Positions 23,801 to 35,651 of a stretch of 64,000 nucleotides of DNA are shown piece after piece. The stretch is from contig NC_069004.1 in assembly GCF_001194135.2 (NCBI RefSeq), forward strand, positions 12,501,586 to 12,565,585. The letters run 5' to 3'. The notes below the pieces were generated by a model. It was given only the letters and a program-made list of their open reading frames with translations. It was not told where the DNA came from and made no database searches. Position 1 is the stretch's first letter, and each line of letters begins with the position of its first letter. The position numbers were made by a program, and so were the translations under genes. Origin of the DNA: Octopus bimaculoides (lineage: Eukaryota).

Positions 23801-25169
23801 GTTGGAAGGTTAACAGAGAAAGTAGTGTTTGTATGTGAGAAATGTTAAAAAAAAAAAAAGAAAAAAACCTTGTGATGTCCCTTTCAATAATAATGTTCTT
23901 ATAAATGAATAAAAAGCAGTAACTAACATTATGTCTCCTTTCAATAATGGCGTTTTTATAAATGTATAAGAAAGATGAATTTAATCAAATGTCTTTCCAT
24001 TTTGACTTTCACTGTCACAAGAGAAATTCTTTTGCTATTGCAGCTCCTGGTCAACCAGTTGACGTATCCTTTTGGTCTTGTGTCTGTTGTAATGATGGTT
24101 AATGGAAGTGGGTAAGTAAATTGTTGTTTACTAATGATTTTAGGAATCGTGAAGAAATGTTTCATTCATAAATGAACACAAAACAAAATCCAATATCAAT
24201 GACCTTATAGAAGCTTTTCCCCACCTCTCACCATTAACATGAAAGGATGGAAATATTACTGAGAATTTGAGTTTTGTAGTTTAGGAAACTTTAACCCCAG
24301 CTCTGGTCAAACCATCCAACCCTTGCCAGTATGGAAAACAGACATTAAAGGATGATGATGATGATTTCTCTCCTGCTTCCACCGAGAGCAAAAATGAAAT
24401 CAAAAGTTGAATTGTTAAGGAACCGGTTGATTGTCATAACCATTGACCAAATTATATGGAAAGGCATCAGTGTCACCTATCTAAGAGGACCTATAAAGGC
24501 CATACCCTTCTTATTGTAACTAATTACTATAAAGTAACACAGGAGAGATACAACTCTGCTGTTTATGAATGATCAAGTGAATCTTGGTTTGATAGTATTA
24601 GGTGGAGATACCCAAGTTAGGGGGTAAACCAAAGAATCAAATATGCTTTGTGCTGGTAGGTCTAATATGCTATCACCTGGTCATTGAGAACCTTTAGCAG
24701 AATCCATTCCCTATTGCAAGTGTTCCCTCCTCTGGTTCAGCTGCCTCCACACTTTTTCCTCTAATCATTGACTGAAATATGCTTAGAGTACACATCAGCT
24801 ACAATAGTCATATCCAACCTGAAGCAGGGCCTGCATGCATCATAGCCACTACATCACTCCTTCCTTAATTATATTTCAACCAGCTTGTTTATGTCAGCAT
24901 AGAAAATTGATGGAAAGATGATTTTGAGGGCAATGTACAGTAAAGTTTATTACAAATTTTTAAATAATGAATTTAAAATCAACTCTATTTTCGACCCTCT
25001 GTCAATAATTTTTATCATTTTCTCTCTTTATTGAATGACTTATTCCAAAGAAATAAACGAAAATAATCCATTTGTAAATATTTCCTTTTGTAGATTAATT
25101 GCTGCAATGCCTCCCAATATGCCATTTTACCGTTCTTGGGTTGATTGCTGGAACCATTTGAGTTCAATT
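4507..25169 (+). CDS. MTCH2: Mitochondrial carrier homolog (MTCH2-like), spliced gene, 3' end incomplete
   Basis: Exons 4507-4587, 13184-13268, 15445-15551, 17640-17762, 18739-18796, 20384-20435, 20912-20971, 21077-21170, 22539-22571, 24044-24111 and 25094-25169 join in frame (837 nt, 279 aa) with GT-AG junctions. Peptides match recalled MTCH2 motifs: HPLSYAKFLIQIGHEP, DGFFGLYKGLVPKVL, ARSVAIIATHPLQV, AQFVGREKEY, GFFGGLVPRLLGD, TYPFGLVSVVMMVNGSG, PPNMPFYRSWVDCW. The terminal exon (expected G..RG.SLF.R) was not found and may lie in gap 27410-27913. Confidence 0.92.
8349..8855 (-). mobile_element. HHR-bearing tandem repeat (~1.5 units of 333-349 bp); Penelope pLTR / non-LTR retrozyme-like
   Basis: Direct repeat 8349-8506 vs 8682-8855 (offset 333, plus a 16-bp insertion in copy 2) flanking an HHR. 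Confidence 0.75.
8498..8540 (-). ncRNA. Minimal type-I hammerhead ribozyme motif (family A)
   Basis: Minus strand: UUCAGG-CUGAUGA-UGAG caaaga CUCA-GAAA-CAUG-UC^CCUGAA. Stem I 6 bp, stem II 4 bp, intact core, palindromic ACAUGU stem III, GUC cleavage between 8504 and 8503. Confidence 0.85.
9161..10055 (+). mobile_element. Mariner element, internally deleted
   Basis: TA-flanked TIRs ttggatcattccat / atggcatgacccaa. ATG 9341 MEVTKEHIWHILLYEFNKG...PGRSVELNKDILQTLVEQNP...HSTIH is joined directly to the C-terminal YPHPPYLLDIALFD region; stops present. Confidence 0.88.
10330..10690 (-). mobile_element. RTE-type LINE 3' fragment
   Basis: Reverse strand encodes decayed ALREKLSLRG...GRPRKT.DEVVKTNLRMLNF. 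Confidence 0.65.
11693..11737 (-). ncRNA. Minimal type-I hammerhead ribozyme motif (family B, copy 1, stem II degraded)
   Basis: Minus: CACAUG-CUGAGGA-caggUAACUGccca-GAAA-UUCGAG-UC^CGUGUG; core intact, two mismatches at the base of stem II. Confidence 0.7.
12025..12069 (-). ncRNA. Minimal type-I hammerhead ribozyme motif (family B, copy 2)
   Basis: Minus: CACAUG-CUGAAGA-UGGG uaacca CUCA-GAAA-CUCAAG-UC^CAUGUG; perfect stem I, intact core. Confidence 0.8.
12335..12740 (+). mobile_element. tRNA-derived SINE (ttgggcaagtgtcttctactatagcc family)
   Basis: B box GGTTCAGTCCC, internal (TA)n. Copies at ~4000-4300(-), 20625-20880, 21383-21780, 39415-39570(-), 42690-43210(-), 44755-45340(-), 61035-61285(-) and 62390-62750. 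Confidence 0.85.
13184..13268 (+). CDS. MTCH2: MTCH2-like exon 2
   Basis: IGHEPMKLYQTRTFTGKPMLAYPSVFRY; poly-T cag acceptor, gtaaga donor, phase 0-1. Confidence 0.9.
14240..14450 (+). mobile_element. RTE-type LINE 3' end fragment
   Basis: KDLQTLGLTEEMTREGDFWQFAVLEKTCQAK. Confidence 0.65.
15445..15551 (+). CDS. MTCH2: MTCH2-like exon 3
   Basis: (I)GHIYHVDGFFGLYKGLVPKVLAGAAGSIIQNKILL; phase 1-0. Confidence 0.92.
17262..17318. repeat. (ATT)n microsatellite (one of many; (TA)n, (ATCT)n, (CA)n, (CT)n and (GAT)n occur throughout)
   Basis: Direct inspection. Confidence 0.95.
17640..17762 (+). CDS. MTCH2: MTCH2-like exon 4 (acidic loop)
   Basis: SLKSNEDTDVNGDESDEETLADSNQDDDADVVIALKKLSKI; acag acceptor, gtaagt donor, phase 0-0. 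Confidence 0.8.
17975..18194. mobile_element. piggyBac-like MITE (TTAA TSD, CCCT ends)
   Basis: ttaa|ccctttcat ... atgaaaggg|ttaa. Confidence 0.7.
18739..18796 (+). CDS. MTCH2: MTCH2-like exon 5
   Basis: ISKQLVARSVAIIATHPLQ; phase 0-1. Confidence 0.9.
19968..20176. mobile_element. piggyBac-like MITE
   Basis: ttaa|ccctttagcattt ... aatgctaaaggg; related copy 46794-47013 with intact TTAA both sides. Confidence 0.7.
20384..20435 (+). CDS. MTCH2: MTCH2-like exon 6
   Basis: (V)IMARNMAQFVGREKEY; phase 1-2. Confidence 0.9.
20912..20971 (+). CDS. MTCH2: MTCH2-like exon 7
   Basis: (S)GIISAAMEILKVDGPSGFF(G); phase 2-2. Confidence 0.88.
21077..21170 (+). CDS. MTCH2: MTCH2-like exon 8
   Basis: GLVPRLLGDSINLASTSILTYILNKYIIQDK; phase 2-0. 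Confidence 0.92.
22539..22571 (+). CDS. MTCH2: MTCH2-like exon 9 (33-nt)
   Basis: KVSVYTAAFVG; strong acceptor, gtaagt donor, phase 0-0. Confidence 0.8.
22682..23172 (+). mobile_element. ~480-bp MITE family (CACTGTGTAAC...GTTACACAGTG), 4 copies in window
   Basis: Other copies 26916-27396, ~41372-41840, ~59785-60151; TA-flanked termini. Confidence 0.75.
23483..23850 (+). mobile_element. RTE-type LINE reverse transcriptase fragment
   Basis: ELLYADDLV...WKENLESKGLKVNLANTKVLVS...KWPCLICRKGVSRDSIRCPQC. Confidence 0.85.
24044..24111 (+). CDS. MTCH2: MTCH2-like exon 10
   Basis: LLVNQLTYPFGLVSVVMMVNGS(G); phase 0-2. Confidence 0.9.
25094..25169 (+). CDS. MTCH2: MTCH2-like exon 11
   Basis: LIAAMPPNMPFYRSWVDCWNHLSSI; phase 2-0, gtaagt donor. 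Confidence 0.92.
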
Positions 25170-25454
25170 GTAAGTAGCTGCATACATTTCATCTACAAGA
25201 GAAATTCTTCAAACTTTTTATCTTTTATTTCTGTAAACATTTTATTTTTCTTTTATTTTTGTTTCACTTCCAACAAGTTATTACAAAGATTTCTTGCCTG
25301 CTTCCATTGAAAGCAAAATATTGTTAAAGCCTTCACAACAATTTTAAAACAATCTAAAGAGTTCTATTTTCTTTGAAATTTATCCCAAATGTATTTTTAC
25401 TCAGTTGATTTACTTGGTTCTGCCAATATCAGATTGTTTCTCTGACAGTATTAA

Positions 25455-25732
25455 CCCATTACCTCCCATAATTCTATTAACTGGAATCTTTTTTATGAAA
25501 CTTTGATTTCTAGCATAAAACAGCCTTAGAAACACGCTGGAGTGATCAAAATAACATTTTAAATAGAAATAAGCGAGATATTGGGTGAAAAATTAGCAAA
25601 CCACATTTGAATATCAGAGAAATATACCTAGTAGATATAGCAAAAAAGTTAGATATGTGTAAATATTGACAGATAATTACGAAATTTGTAATTTTTAAGT
25701 GATCTCATATGAGATCACTGGTAGGTAATGGG
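25455..25732. mobile_element. piggyBac-like MITE
   Basis: ttaa|cccattacct ... aggtaatggg|ttaa. Confidence 0.7.
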
Positions 25733-28700
25733 TTAATGCCTTACATTTCAAGTTCTCTCTCTCTCTTTTTTTTAATTTGGCACTTTAATATTATCCTACA
25801 AACTTTTCACAACCATTTCCCCTGGTTTTAAAATTTTCCTAGTCCCTATTGAAAACCAGGACTAATATTCGAATTAATAATAAAAACAACTCCTGCCATC
25901 CTTCATCGAATTTCTCTCCCCTTAGTATCTCAATCTTTACCCAAACTCTTCTTTTCAGTCTACACTGTCATTGGTGTTACCTGTGACTGAATAGAATCCA
26001 ATCTGCTTTCTGTGTCTCTCACCTGGATATCAACAATAAAGACCAATGTCTCTCTCTTCCTTCATCTTTAGCCACTAATGGATATTCTATTATTTCTCCT
26101 CCTTTTCCCATACCCCTTCCTCCCTCACATGTGAAGGTGCATGGCTTGAGCTTACAATTGTGAGGTTGTGAGATTCCCAGACTGGGCAGTGTGTTGTGTT
26201 CTTGAGCAAGACACTTTATTTCATGTTGCTCCAGTTCACTCAGTTGTAGAAATGAGTTGCAACATCACTGGTGCTAAGCTGTATCATCCTTTGCCTTTTC
26301 CCTTGGACAACATTGGTGGCATGGAGATGAAAGATTGGTACACCTGGGCTACTGCTGGTCATTCACAAACAACCTTACTCAGACTTGTGCCTCAGATATG
26401 AGCTAAGTGCAGTCCCTTGGTCACTCATGACTAAAGAGGATCTTTACCCTCTCACTATCTTAAACTGTCTTCCTAAGTATCTTTATCTTTCATTTCGCAT
26501 AGATTCTTCAAATATTGTTGTTCTCCTTTCCACCTCCAATTTGAACCTCTACCTTTATCATCACTGTCTCTAACCACTGATTTATCAAGGTGACACACTT
26601 CATGTCTTCCTACTTTGCAACAGCCATTAGAGCCTTACCCCCAATCACTTTGGTTTTGCACATCAATTAACTGCTGGAATTTTGCTAATTCTTTACCAGT
26701 GAGTGTGTTAAATTATAAGGCACCAAAAGAGAGTGACTCTCCCCAGACACAACAGAATTTACTGAATAACTTTGGCAACAAATGTTTCCTGTCTAATTCT
26801 ATCTCCAAGACAGGGTACTGATACCAGCAACATAAATGCTTCCTCGTTCATCACACAACAAAAGCACTTTACAAACTTACAACCCAAGTTCAATCAGATA
26901 ATTCAATACCAATTACACTGTGTAACAACATTCTTATTTTTTAGTCTTTGGTTAGTAAGGTGTTATTTCCTATTTGCTTCTATCCAGAAATCAAAGGAAA
27001 TCACTACTATTCCCTTCAAAATTTGCTTTTCTGACCTGGATGTCAATGTTTTGAAATTGACCAATTTTCCATTACATTTCAGACAGATTCAGCACTGAGT
27101 TGCTGAAGCAGAAATATCATTATAGCAAATAATAGCTCAGTACTACAGATTTGCTTGTCAGTTGCTTGGCCATAACCACTTGAGTATGTCCCTTGGTGAT
27201 TAACAATATGTGCATCTCTGAGCAAGAGTAGCGGGAGAGCATCATAGTCATATGTTGAGAGGGATTCTTTGGGGTTTGAATCAATGTAACAAAAGCAAAG
27301 TTTGAAGGAAACATTAACCATTTTTCATACTTTCTAGGGGTAAGCAAACAGGAAATAACAATTGCTATCCAAGGACAAAAGTCATGTTAAATAGTGTTAT
27401 CAAATTACTNNNNNNNNNNNNNNNNNNNNNNNNNNNNNNNNNNNNNNNNNNNNNNNNNNNNNNNNNNNNNNNNNNNNNNNNNNNNNNNNNNNNNNNNNNN
27501 NNNNNNNNNNNNNNNNNNNNNNNNNNNNNNNNNNNNNNNNNNNNNNNNNNNNNNNNNNNNNNNNNNNNNNNNNNNNNNNNNNNNNNNNNNNNNNNNNNNN
27601 NNNNNNNNNNNNNNNNNNNNNNNNNNNNNNNNNNNNNNNNNNNNNNNNNNNNNNNNNNNNNNNNNNNNNNNNNNNNNNNNNNNNNNNNNNNNNNNNNNNN
27701 NNNNNNNNNNNNNNNNNNNNNNNNNNNNNNNNNNNNNNNNNNNNNNNNNNNNNNNNNNNNNNNNNNNNNNNNNNNNNNNNNNNNNNNNNNNNNNNNNNNN
27801 NNNNNNNNNNNNNNNNNNNNNNNNNNNNNNNNNNNNNNNNNNNNNNNNNNNNNNNNNNNNNNNNNNNNNNNNNNNNNNNNNNNNNNNNNNNNNNNNNNNN
27901 NNNNNNNNNNNNNCCCCAACCCCACCCCACCCCGTCTTCCGACAAGTTTCTCTACTTGAACATGTTAACAGATTTTGTTTTACCTTTTCTTACTTCATCA
28001 AATTTCCCTAAAAAAATGAATTAATTAATTAAAGGAGGATCTGAAATAATAGAGTGGTTAAGAGGTTAAAGTTCTGAAGTCCTGGACCCAGTAATCCAAA
28101 CTTCACTGCTTGTTTTCCTTTGTTGTGAGTAAACATTATTCTTGTAACAACACTATACAAATTTCGAAATGAATAACTTCTTGTTAAAGTTCAGCAATTG
28201 TTCATACAATGTAACACTTCACCTGTTTGATATCCAAATGGCAGAAATATTTCAGTGTTGGAAAAGATAACCAATATTATTATTATTATTATTATTATCA
28301 TCATTATTATTATTATTATCAAGGTGGTGAGCTGATAGATTCGTTAGTATGCCAGGTAAAAATGCTTAGCAGCATTTCATCATTTGTTACATTCTGTGTT
28401 CAAATTTTACCAAGGTTAACTTTGCCTTTCATCCTTTCAGGGTCGATAAATCAAGTACCAGTGAAACACTGGGGTTGATGTAATTGACTAGTCCCCTCCC
28501 CCAAAATTTCAGGTCTTGTGTCTTTAGTAGAAAGGATTATTATTATTATTATTAAGGCAGTAAGCTGGCAGAATCATTAACATGCCAGGCAAAAGTGCTT
28601 AGCAGAATATTGTCTATCTGTACATTCTGGGTTCAAATTCCACTGAGGTCAACTTTGCTTTTCATCCTCTTGGTGGGGTCAATAAAATAAGTACCAGTTG

Positions 28701-31700
28701 AGCACTGGGGGTCAATGTAATTCGTTTAGCCCCTCCCCCCAAATTACTGGCCTTGTGCCGAAATTTGAAATAATTATTATTTGTATTATTTTGTTAATAA
28801 GGCAGCAATCTGGCAGTATTGTTAGCATGCCTGGCAAAAATGCTTAGTGGCAGAATCCATCTGTACATTCTGAGTTCAAATTCCACCAAGGTTAACTTTG
28901 CCTTTCATCCGCTCAGGGTGTCAGTAAAATAAGTACCAGTTGAGCACTGGTGTTAATATATTTTAGCTCCTTTCACAAAACTACTGGCCTTGTGCAAAAA
29001 TTTGAAACCATAATTATTACTATTTTGTTTGTCTTTCTACTCCATAGTTAGTTTAGAGATATCTCTTCATTTTGTACCTTTTCTATAAACATCATCAACT
29101 GATATTTCATTAAACTTCAGATTGCTTTTTTTTTATGTTAAACTCGTCTTCTTTGATTTTTTTTTTTTTTTAATGTATCTCAATTAAATTATCCTAAAAA
29201 TAAACAGTTTCTGGCAAAATGCAAAACTATAAATTGGTCGTAAAATTCTACTGAAGCAACTTTCTCAGATGTTCTTAAAATCTCAGAAAATTTTCAGTTC
29301 TGTATTTTGAAGAATTACTTTGACTAAGATCATAACTTTTAGTCCTAGAAATCATAACATCAACCATTTCTGTGAAATGTTGTATATTGTCTAACCATAT
29401 ATAACTACAAACATTTTAAAATTAGGAAACGTTTAAAATTCAGTAAATTCATTATTTTTCCGGGGTTTTTTGAGTTTTTCTTTATGTTAAATGAGAAAAA
29501 AAATGCATGTTTTATAGATATTCTTCTATTTTCCTTTTGTTTCATAGAAATTTATTATTATTATTATCATCATCATTAAAGTGTAAGGTGGTGAGCTGGC
29601 AGAATCGTTAGCATGCTAGATGAAATGCATGGCAGTATTTTATCTGCTGCTACATTCTGAGTTCAAATTCCACTGAGATTGCCTTTGCTATTCATCTTTT
29701 CGGGGTTAAGATAACTACCAGTGAAACAGTGGGGTTGATGTAATTGACTATCCACTTCTCCCAAATTTCAGGCTTTGTGCCTTATAGTAGAAAGAATTAT
29801 TATCATTAAGGTGGCAAACTGGCAGAATCGGCGGCGGCATTTCTTCCGATTGTACATTCTGAGTTCAAATTCTGCTGAGGTTGATCTTGACTTTCATCCT
29901 TCCAGGGTCGATAAAATAAGTACCAGTTCGGTGCAGAGATCGATTTAATCAACTAGTTTCCTTCCCTGCAAAATTTCAGGCCCTGTGTCTATAGTAGAAA
30001 GGATTATTATTATTATTTCTTCAGATGATGAGTTTCACATTTTTAAAAGAGAATATAGGTTGGCATTCAGAAATTTGTATTGATGTGAAAAATCTATCAA
30101 TATTCAGATATGCATCTTATATATTCTGTTTCTGCTATGATGTAGTATTAATCTTACTGCCAACTACCATCCTTTCATTTCTTCATGTGACAACCGTTTC
30201 CAACATTCTTCTAAACAACAATAATTTTAAGACCTTCCCCACCTTTTTTTTTTTTTTTTGTAATTTCAGAAACTAATTAAAGATCAAAACTGGCTAATAA
30301 AATTCAAACTTTTTTTTAATATATATTTATTTATCTATTCATCTCAAGAATATTTCAGTCTCAACAAAAACCCTAAAAGCATTTCTTGAAAAATCTTCTT
30401 ACCTTTATGCTAGTGCTGATATCCACTTCATGAGAAGATGGAAAAACTAATTGACCCTGGTCTGACCTGAATCCAAAACTATAAGCACCAAGTTAAGTAT
30501 TAACAAGAATCAAACATCTTTTCATACATTTTCTTTTACTCTAGAGAAGAAGACTGTTCTCTGTGCATCGTAAACCCATCTTCAACATCACAACACTCAA
30601 TTTTTTCAAGATGTAGGAAACCAGTATTATATTTAGAACACTAAACATGAGCTATGTCCCCCTTTGAGGGCAACTGTATGTGTACCAGAAAAAAAACTGG
30701 GTTCACTTTGACAACAATGCTTTAAATCAGTCACTCTCTACTAACGCTTGAAATTATTGTTGTTGTTGCTGTTAAGGTGGCAAGCAGGCAGAATAATGTG
30801 TTGGACAAAATGCTTAGTGGCATGTCTTCTGAGTTCAGATACTTACTACCAAATACCACCAAGGTCAACTTTTGCCTTTCATCCTTTTGGGGTCAATAAA
30901 TTAAGCACCAGTGAAACACTAAGGTTGATGTAATTGACTAGTCCCCTCACCCAAAATTTCAGGCCTTGTAGCTTTAGTAGAAAGGATTATTATTATTATT
31001 ATTATTATTATGTTTGTGGTATTCAGTTATGGCTCTCTGCATCTTGAGCTCAGCCCCAGCTTTGCCCCCACATAATTTTTACCCTTCTGAGATCAATAAA
31101 ATGATGGGCCAGTCAAGTCCTGGGATCAATGATATTAACTGATCCCTTCCCTCTAAAATTGCTGACCTTCTGCCTAAATTAGAAGTTGTTATTATTGCCA
31201 TGTCCATCAGTGGGTCCTGCAGATGACATGTTATGATTGCCTAAATATCTGACAGGGTTGACAGTGAGTTGGTTAAGAAATACATCTGTTCCTGTATTTT
31301 TGTTTGAATTTTGTTGAACTCTACCTTCATAACGATCAAATGGTGACTTTTTGTCTCATAAGCTGACTGCTTTATAGCTTCTCAGTCTTAATAATGTTCA
31401 TCTCTTTTATTGTTGACGTTCACACTAATTATGATATGATATTTAAGCTTTTCTAAGGAATTATCATTCAAATATTTTCATGTTTTTGTCCTTAATACTT
31501 CAATGTGTGTGTGTGTGTGTGTGTTGATGTTTTATTATTATTATCAAGACATTTTATACCGCAAACTTTCAACTATTGAAGTTGGTTGTAGTTAGAGAAA
31601 TGATAGAGATTTTACATTCCATTTTCTCCGTGACATTAAGGAAATTCATGGTAATTCCCCCACTTGGCCATAGCCTATAAGTACTGGAGGGGTCAATGTA

Positions 31701-34700
31701 ATCGACCAAATCCATTCCCCTAAAATTACTGGCCTTGTACCAAAATTCGATGCATAGAACAGAATAAACTTCATCACTTCAATATTTCCATGACTCTTAG
31801 ATCTGCCTTCTTTGCATCCAATACTTGGATTAATATTGGCCACCAGGTCTTTAGCTGCCTCTAACAGAGTCCACTCTGTTGCAATTGTTTGGCTGAAGTC
31901 TCCCTCTGGTAAAAGGATAACCAATAAGTTGTGGTTTGTTCCTCTCTTTCCCTTACAACCAACAGTCTCAGAGACCTTGTAATATGGTCACAGAGACTGT
32001 CCTTTCTTCTCTGGCTAAAACAATTGAAATAATTGAAGAAACTACCCCCCCCCCCCCGTTTGTTGACATTTGTAGTTATGACAAAGTAAATAGTTGAAAT
32101 GAAATTTTGAAGAAGGTTTCTATAACTATGATACAAACTTGATGTTTACTACATTCAAACATTTCATTTTTATAAAGTAGAGAAAGAAATAACATTCAGA
32201 ATAAACCAATGGTTTTTATACTGATTAGTTTTATTTCCTTTAGCGGATTAGCAAATAATTCAAATAAAATGCTAGGCAACAACTTATTTCATTAAAACAC
32301 TCTTCAATCAAATAAAACTGATGATACATGTAGTAAGTAAAATTTATTCAAATATTTTGCTATCTCACAATCTATTGGCATAGATTTTTTTGTTGTTTTT
32401 TTTCACGTCATGTTGATTTAAATAACAGACACCATTAAATCTCATTTCTTGTCCTAAAAAGAAAAGAAATAAAACAATTACTGTTTTATTTTCAAAACTG
32501 ATTATAAAAATATTTCTGATATTTTTAATTGTTATATAGAATTAGTTTGTTTCTTGAAGAATATTTTTTATTTTTTTAAAGTTTCAAGATCTTACCTTTG
32601 TGTTTCAAAAACAGAAGATATAGGATCACTTATTATTTACTTCTAATTACTGATTGTACAAACTTCAAATTTGTCTTAGATTCCAGCAAAAAATTGTTGT
32701 AAAAACATTTGTTATTAGAATAAAGTTTACTCAGTTTTTCAAATAACTTAATATGATTATTTTTCTATTTTCTATGGGAAGTGTTTGGGAATCGTCGTTG
32801 GAGCCATTGGTAAGGTGTGTTGACAGACATGAGGACCACTGAGACACTTGGAAACCTGCTGGTGGGATGATGAATTTGGAAAGAGAGATTGATGAGAAGC
32901 GGAAGAGGGTCTGAGAATGGTATAAGATTTGGAGTATGGTAGCAAAAGAGGGTTACAAGGTTGCAAAGAAAAGCAGCAGCAAAGGCAAAGCAGTTACATA
33001 GACAATGTTTGGAGAACATAAGCATTTGGGGTTAAGGGGTCAGTGAGAAAGATTGTAAAGTAGTGATGTATTTGAAGTGAACTGCTTGAAAGGTGAAATA
33101 AGACAAATTGTTGTGAAATCGCAAGAAATTAAAGGAAGGTGGAAGGGATATCATCATCATTTAGTGTCCACTTTCCATGCTGGCATAGATTAGGTAGTTT
33201 GACTGGAACTGGTAAGCTGGAGAGCTGCACCAAATTCCAGTCTGATTTGGCATGGTTTCTACGGCTGGATGCCCTTCCTAATGCCAACTACTCCAAGAGT
33301 GTAGTAGATGCCTTTTGAATGTCACCAGAAAATAAATACAATGGCAACATCAAGAGGGGTCCAGTTTTAGCATTGATAGAGGAGGTAATAAGAATAATGA
33401 GGATGGGAAAAGTAGGAGAGACAATTCGATTTGTTGGGAAATATGGTGAAGGTAGCAGAAAGTTGGGTGGGGTGAAGAGGAGGAAGACTGTATCAGAGAT
33501 CTGTATGTTGGCGGAAGAAGAGAGCTTTTCAGTAGATTGAGAATTGGAGGTGTTTTAACAATTAATGAAATTTCTTTGACTTTCAGGCATTTTCTTTCTC
33601 CATTCAGCAACTGATGAAGAATACAACGACACATTCAACACCTCAGCTGTTTACAGAACAAATATTTGATGTTTAGTAAAATCAAATGGAAAAGAAAATA
33701 ACATTTTTGAAATTCCCCTTCCAAGCTTTGATGATAAAGATTTCAGTGTAAACTACCAGTCTGTATGACATTATATATACTCAAACATGGAATGGCACTA
33801 ACTTTAATAGTTTGTCTCAGAGAAACTAGTCTGTAGATGCCAGACCAGCAAGGGGAGGCGGCTGACCTCCCCTGTTCGAAGGTTATAATGGACACAGGTT
33901 CGTGTGTCACATAGCTAGCTAGAGGCGATGGCCTCTTGGAGCTAATCAACGGCAGAATTCGTCCTATTTTGGGGACTGCCATATTGGCTTGGCGATAACT
34001 ATTAATATCCAGTACCGCTGCTGTAATCTCCTTTAGAGAGACTTAGAAATATATATATATATCAGTTAAGGTTGAAAATGTATATAAACTCTAATTGATA
34101 TCAAACTATTTCTGAAAATAAAAATGTAATGATGGCTGAACAATTGACATCTGTCTATGTTTTAAGTTCATATCACCACAAAGTTGACTTTTTCTTTTAT
34201 TCATTCAGGTTCTGTAAAATAAGTCATACCAATCAAATCCTGGGGGGTCAAGTGAATGTACCATATCACCCCACCCTGCCTTTAAGCATGTGTGACCTTG
34301 TGTCTGTATAGCATGAAAGTCGACAGAAATATGAAATAGGAGATTTAGTTCCTTGTAATATTTACTGTTCAAAAATTGTATTGCTTGACCTGCAAAAGAG
34401 AAAGAAATCTCTTTCTCACTCTTTTCTATTCCTCTCTTTAGTTGTTTAAACCTGAATGAGCTGATATCTTAGGATAATAATGAGTAGCCGTTACTGTTAC
34501 AGTGTTCACTAGCCACCATATGGGGGTGGTCAGTATACAAACAGGGAGAGAATCAGGTCTAAAAAATCCTCGTCTTGTGTTGGCAAAGACCTGATAATCT
34601 CTCCAAAGCTGGTACCACAATAAAATGCATCCAATTCCTATTATATTCTTTACAGTTTATCGTAATTTTGTAGTTGAAATAAATGAAAGAGAACTAAACA

Positions 34701-35348
34701 ATTTTTTTACTTCTCCATAAAACACCATTTCCTTGTGTAAACTTGGAATGGTTCAAGAAGGAAGAAAAATAATTTTAAATATCATTGAAATAGGAGACCC
34801 AGCAATGTCTCCTATAATTTATTTGGTACAGAATTCACTTCTTTAAATGTACACAATTTCGTTACAGATTGTAATTGTTAACATTCATTATTATTTAAAA
34901 AATACTGTTTTCTAAACAAGCTAAGATCATTATGGATCTGCTAACTTTGTATGAGTCTGAACCCTTGTACGTCGAGTATCTTCATCGGAGTCTAATCTGT
35001 TGCTACCACCCGGACCGGTTTGACGGTACCTCCCTCCTTACCACTTATATCAGAGACTCTAAAACACAGGTACAGTCTTCTCTTCTAATTAAAACACATC
35101 TAATACGTTAAAAGGTGCACGAATAAAGCTTAAAGTGAATGCGAAAATAATTCCGTTTAATTATTTACGGATATCTATCATATTATATTTAAATAATAAC
35201 TTAAAAACAAATAATTCAAAACGATTCAATCGACATCAACTCTTTTTCTATAATCAACTAAACTATTTGAAACATCTTTATCAATAGATACTCTGTTACC
35301 CCCCTAATTTAAAGTAAACTCTCCCAACGTTGTCCCTTTAATGGAATA

Positions 35349-35545
35349 AACCGGAAGTAACTCTCTATAAAACCAAATATCTTCTGTTATTGTTATTTCT
35401 AATAAAATTCATTAAGTTTTGAGCGTATTTCTGGATATAGATTTTTAAAAAGTTTTTTTTGATGTTTTCACAGGAAATGTTTTATGCTTTGTACCGCTAA
35501 ATTCCTATAAATTATCGGTTAATATTTGGTATATTACTTCCGGTT
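35349..35545. promoter_or_regulatory. Probable bidirectional core promoter with inverted ETS sites
   Basis: AACCGGAAGTAA (35349-35360) and its exact reverse complement TTACTTCCGGTT (35534-35545), ~110 bp upstream of the THAP ATG, in a CpG-retaining region. Confidence 0.55.
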
Positions 35546-35651
35546 CGATGCACTCTCCTCTTCACATCAGTCTCTGTTTATTTGTTTTATTTATATTTCT
35601 TGTATAAATAATTAACTGACGAATAAATATTTACATCTAGATGCAATAAAT

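Noticed and set aside
25170-25310. Read-through or 30-nt intron after MTCH2 exon 11 giving KRNSSNFL as the terminal segment
   Set aside because: The intron would be too short and the match to the conserved RG.SLF.R is poor; the real last exon is more likely in gap 27410-27913.
26916-27396. MITE ends CACTGTG/CACAGTG match the RAG RSS heptamer (Transib-like?)
   Set aside because: Flanks show TA rather than a 5-bp TSD and there is no nonamer; more consistent with a Tc1/mariner-type MITE.
31760-32014. Minus-strand frame PEKKGQSL(TGA)PYYKVSETVGCKGKRG... with an in-frame TGA (31990-31988) inside a hairpin; considered as a selenocysteine exon
   Set aside because: No known selenoprotein motif (no UxxC/CxxU or similar), no SECIS found, and no convincing exon connections.
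34932-35069. Plus-strand frame MDLLTLYESEPLYVEYLHRSLICCYHPDRF... with an HPD motif
   Set aside because: No other J-domain features and no partner exons; probably chance.
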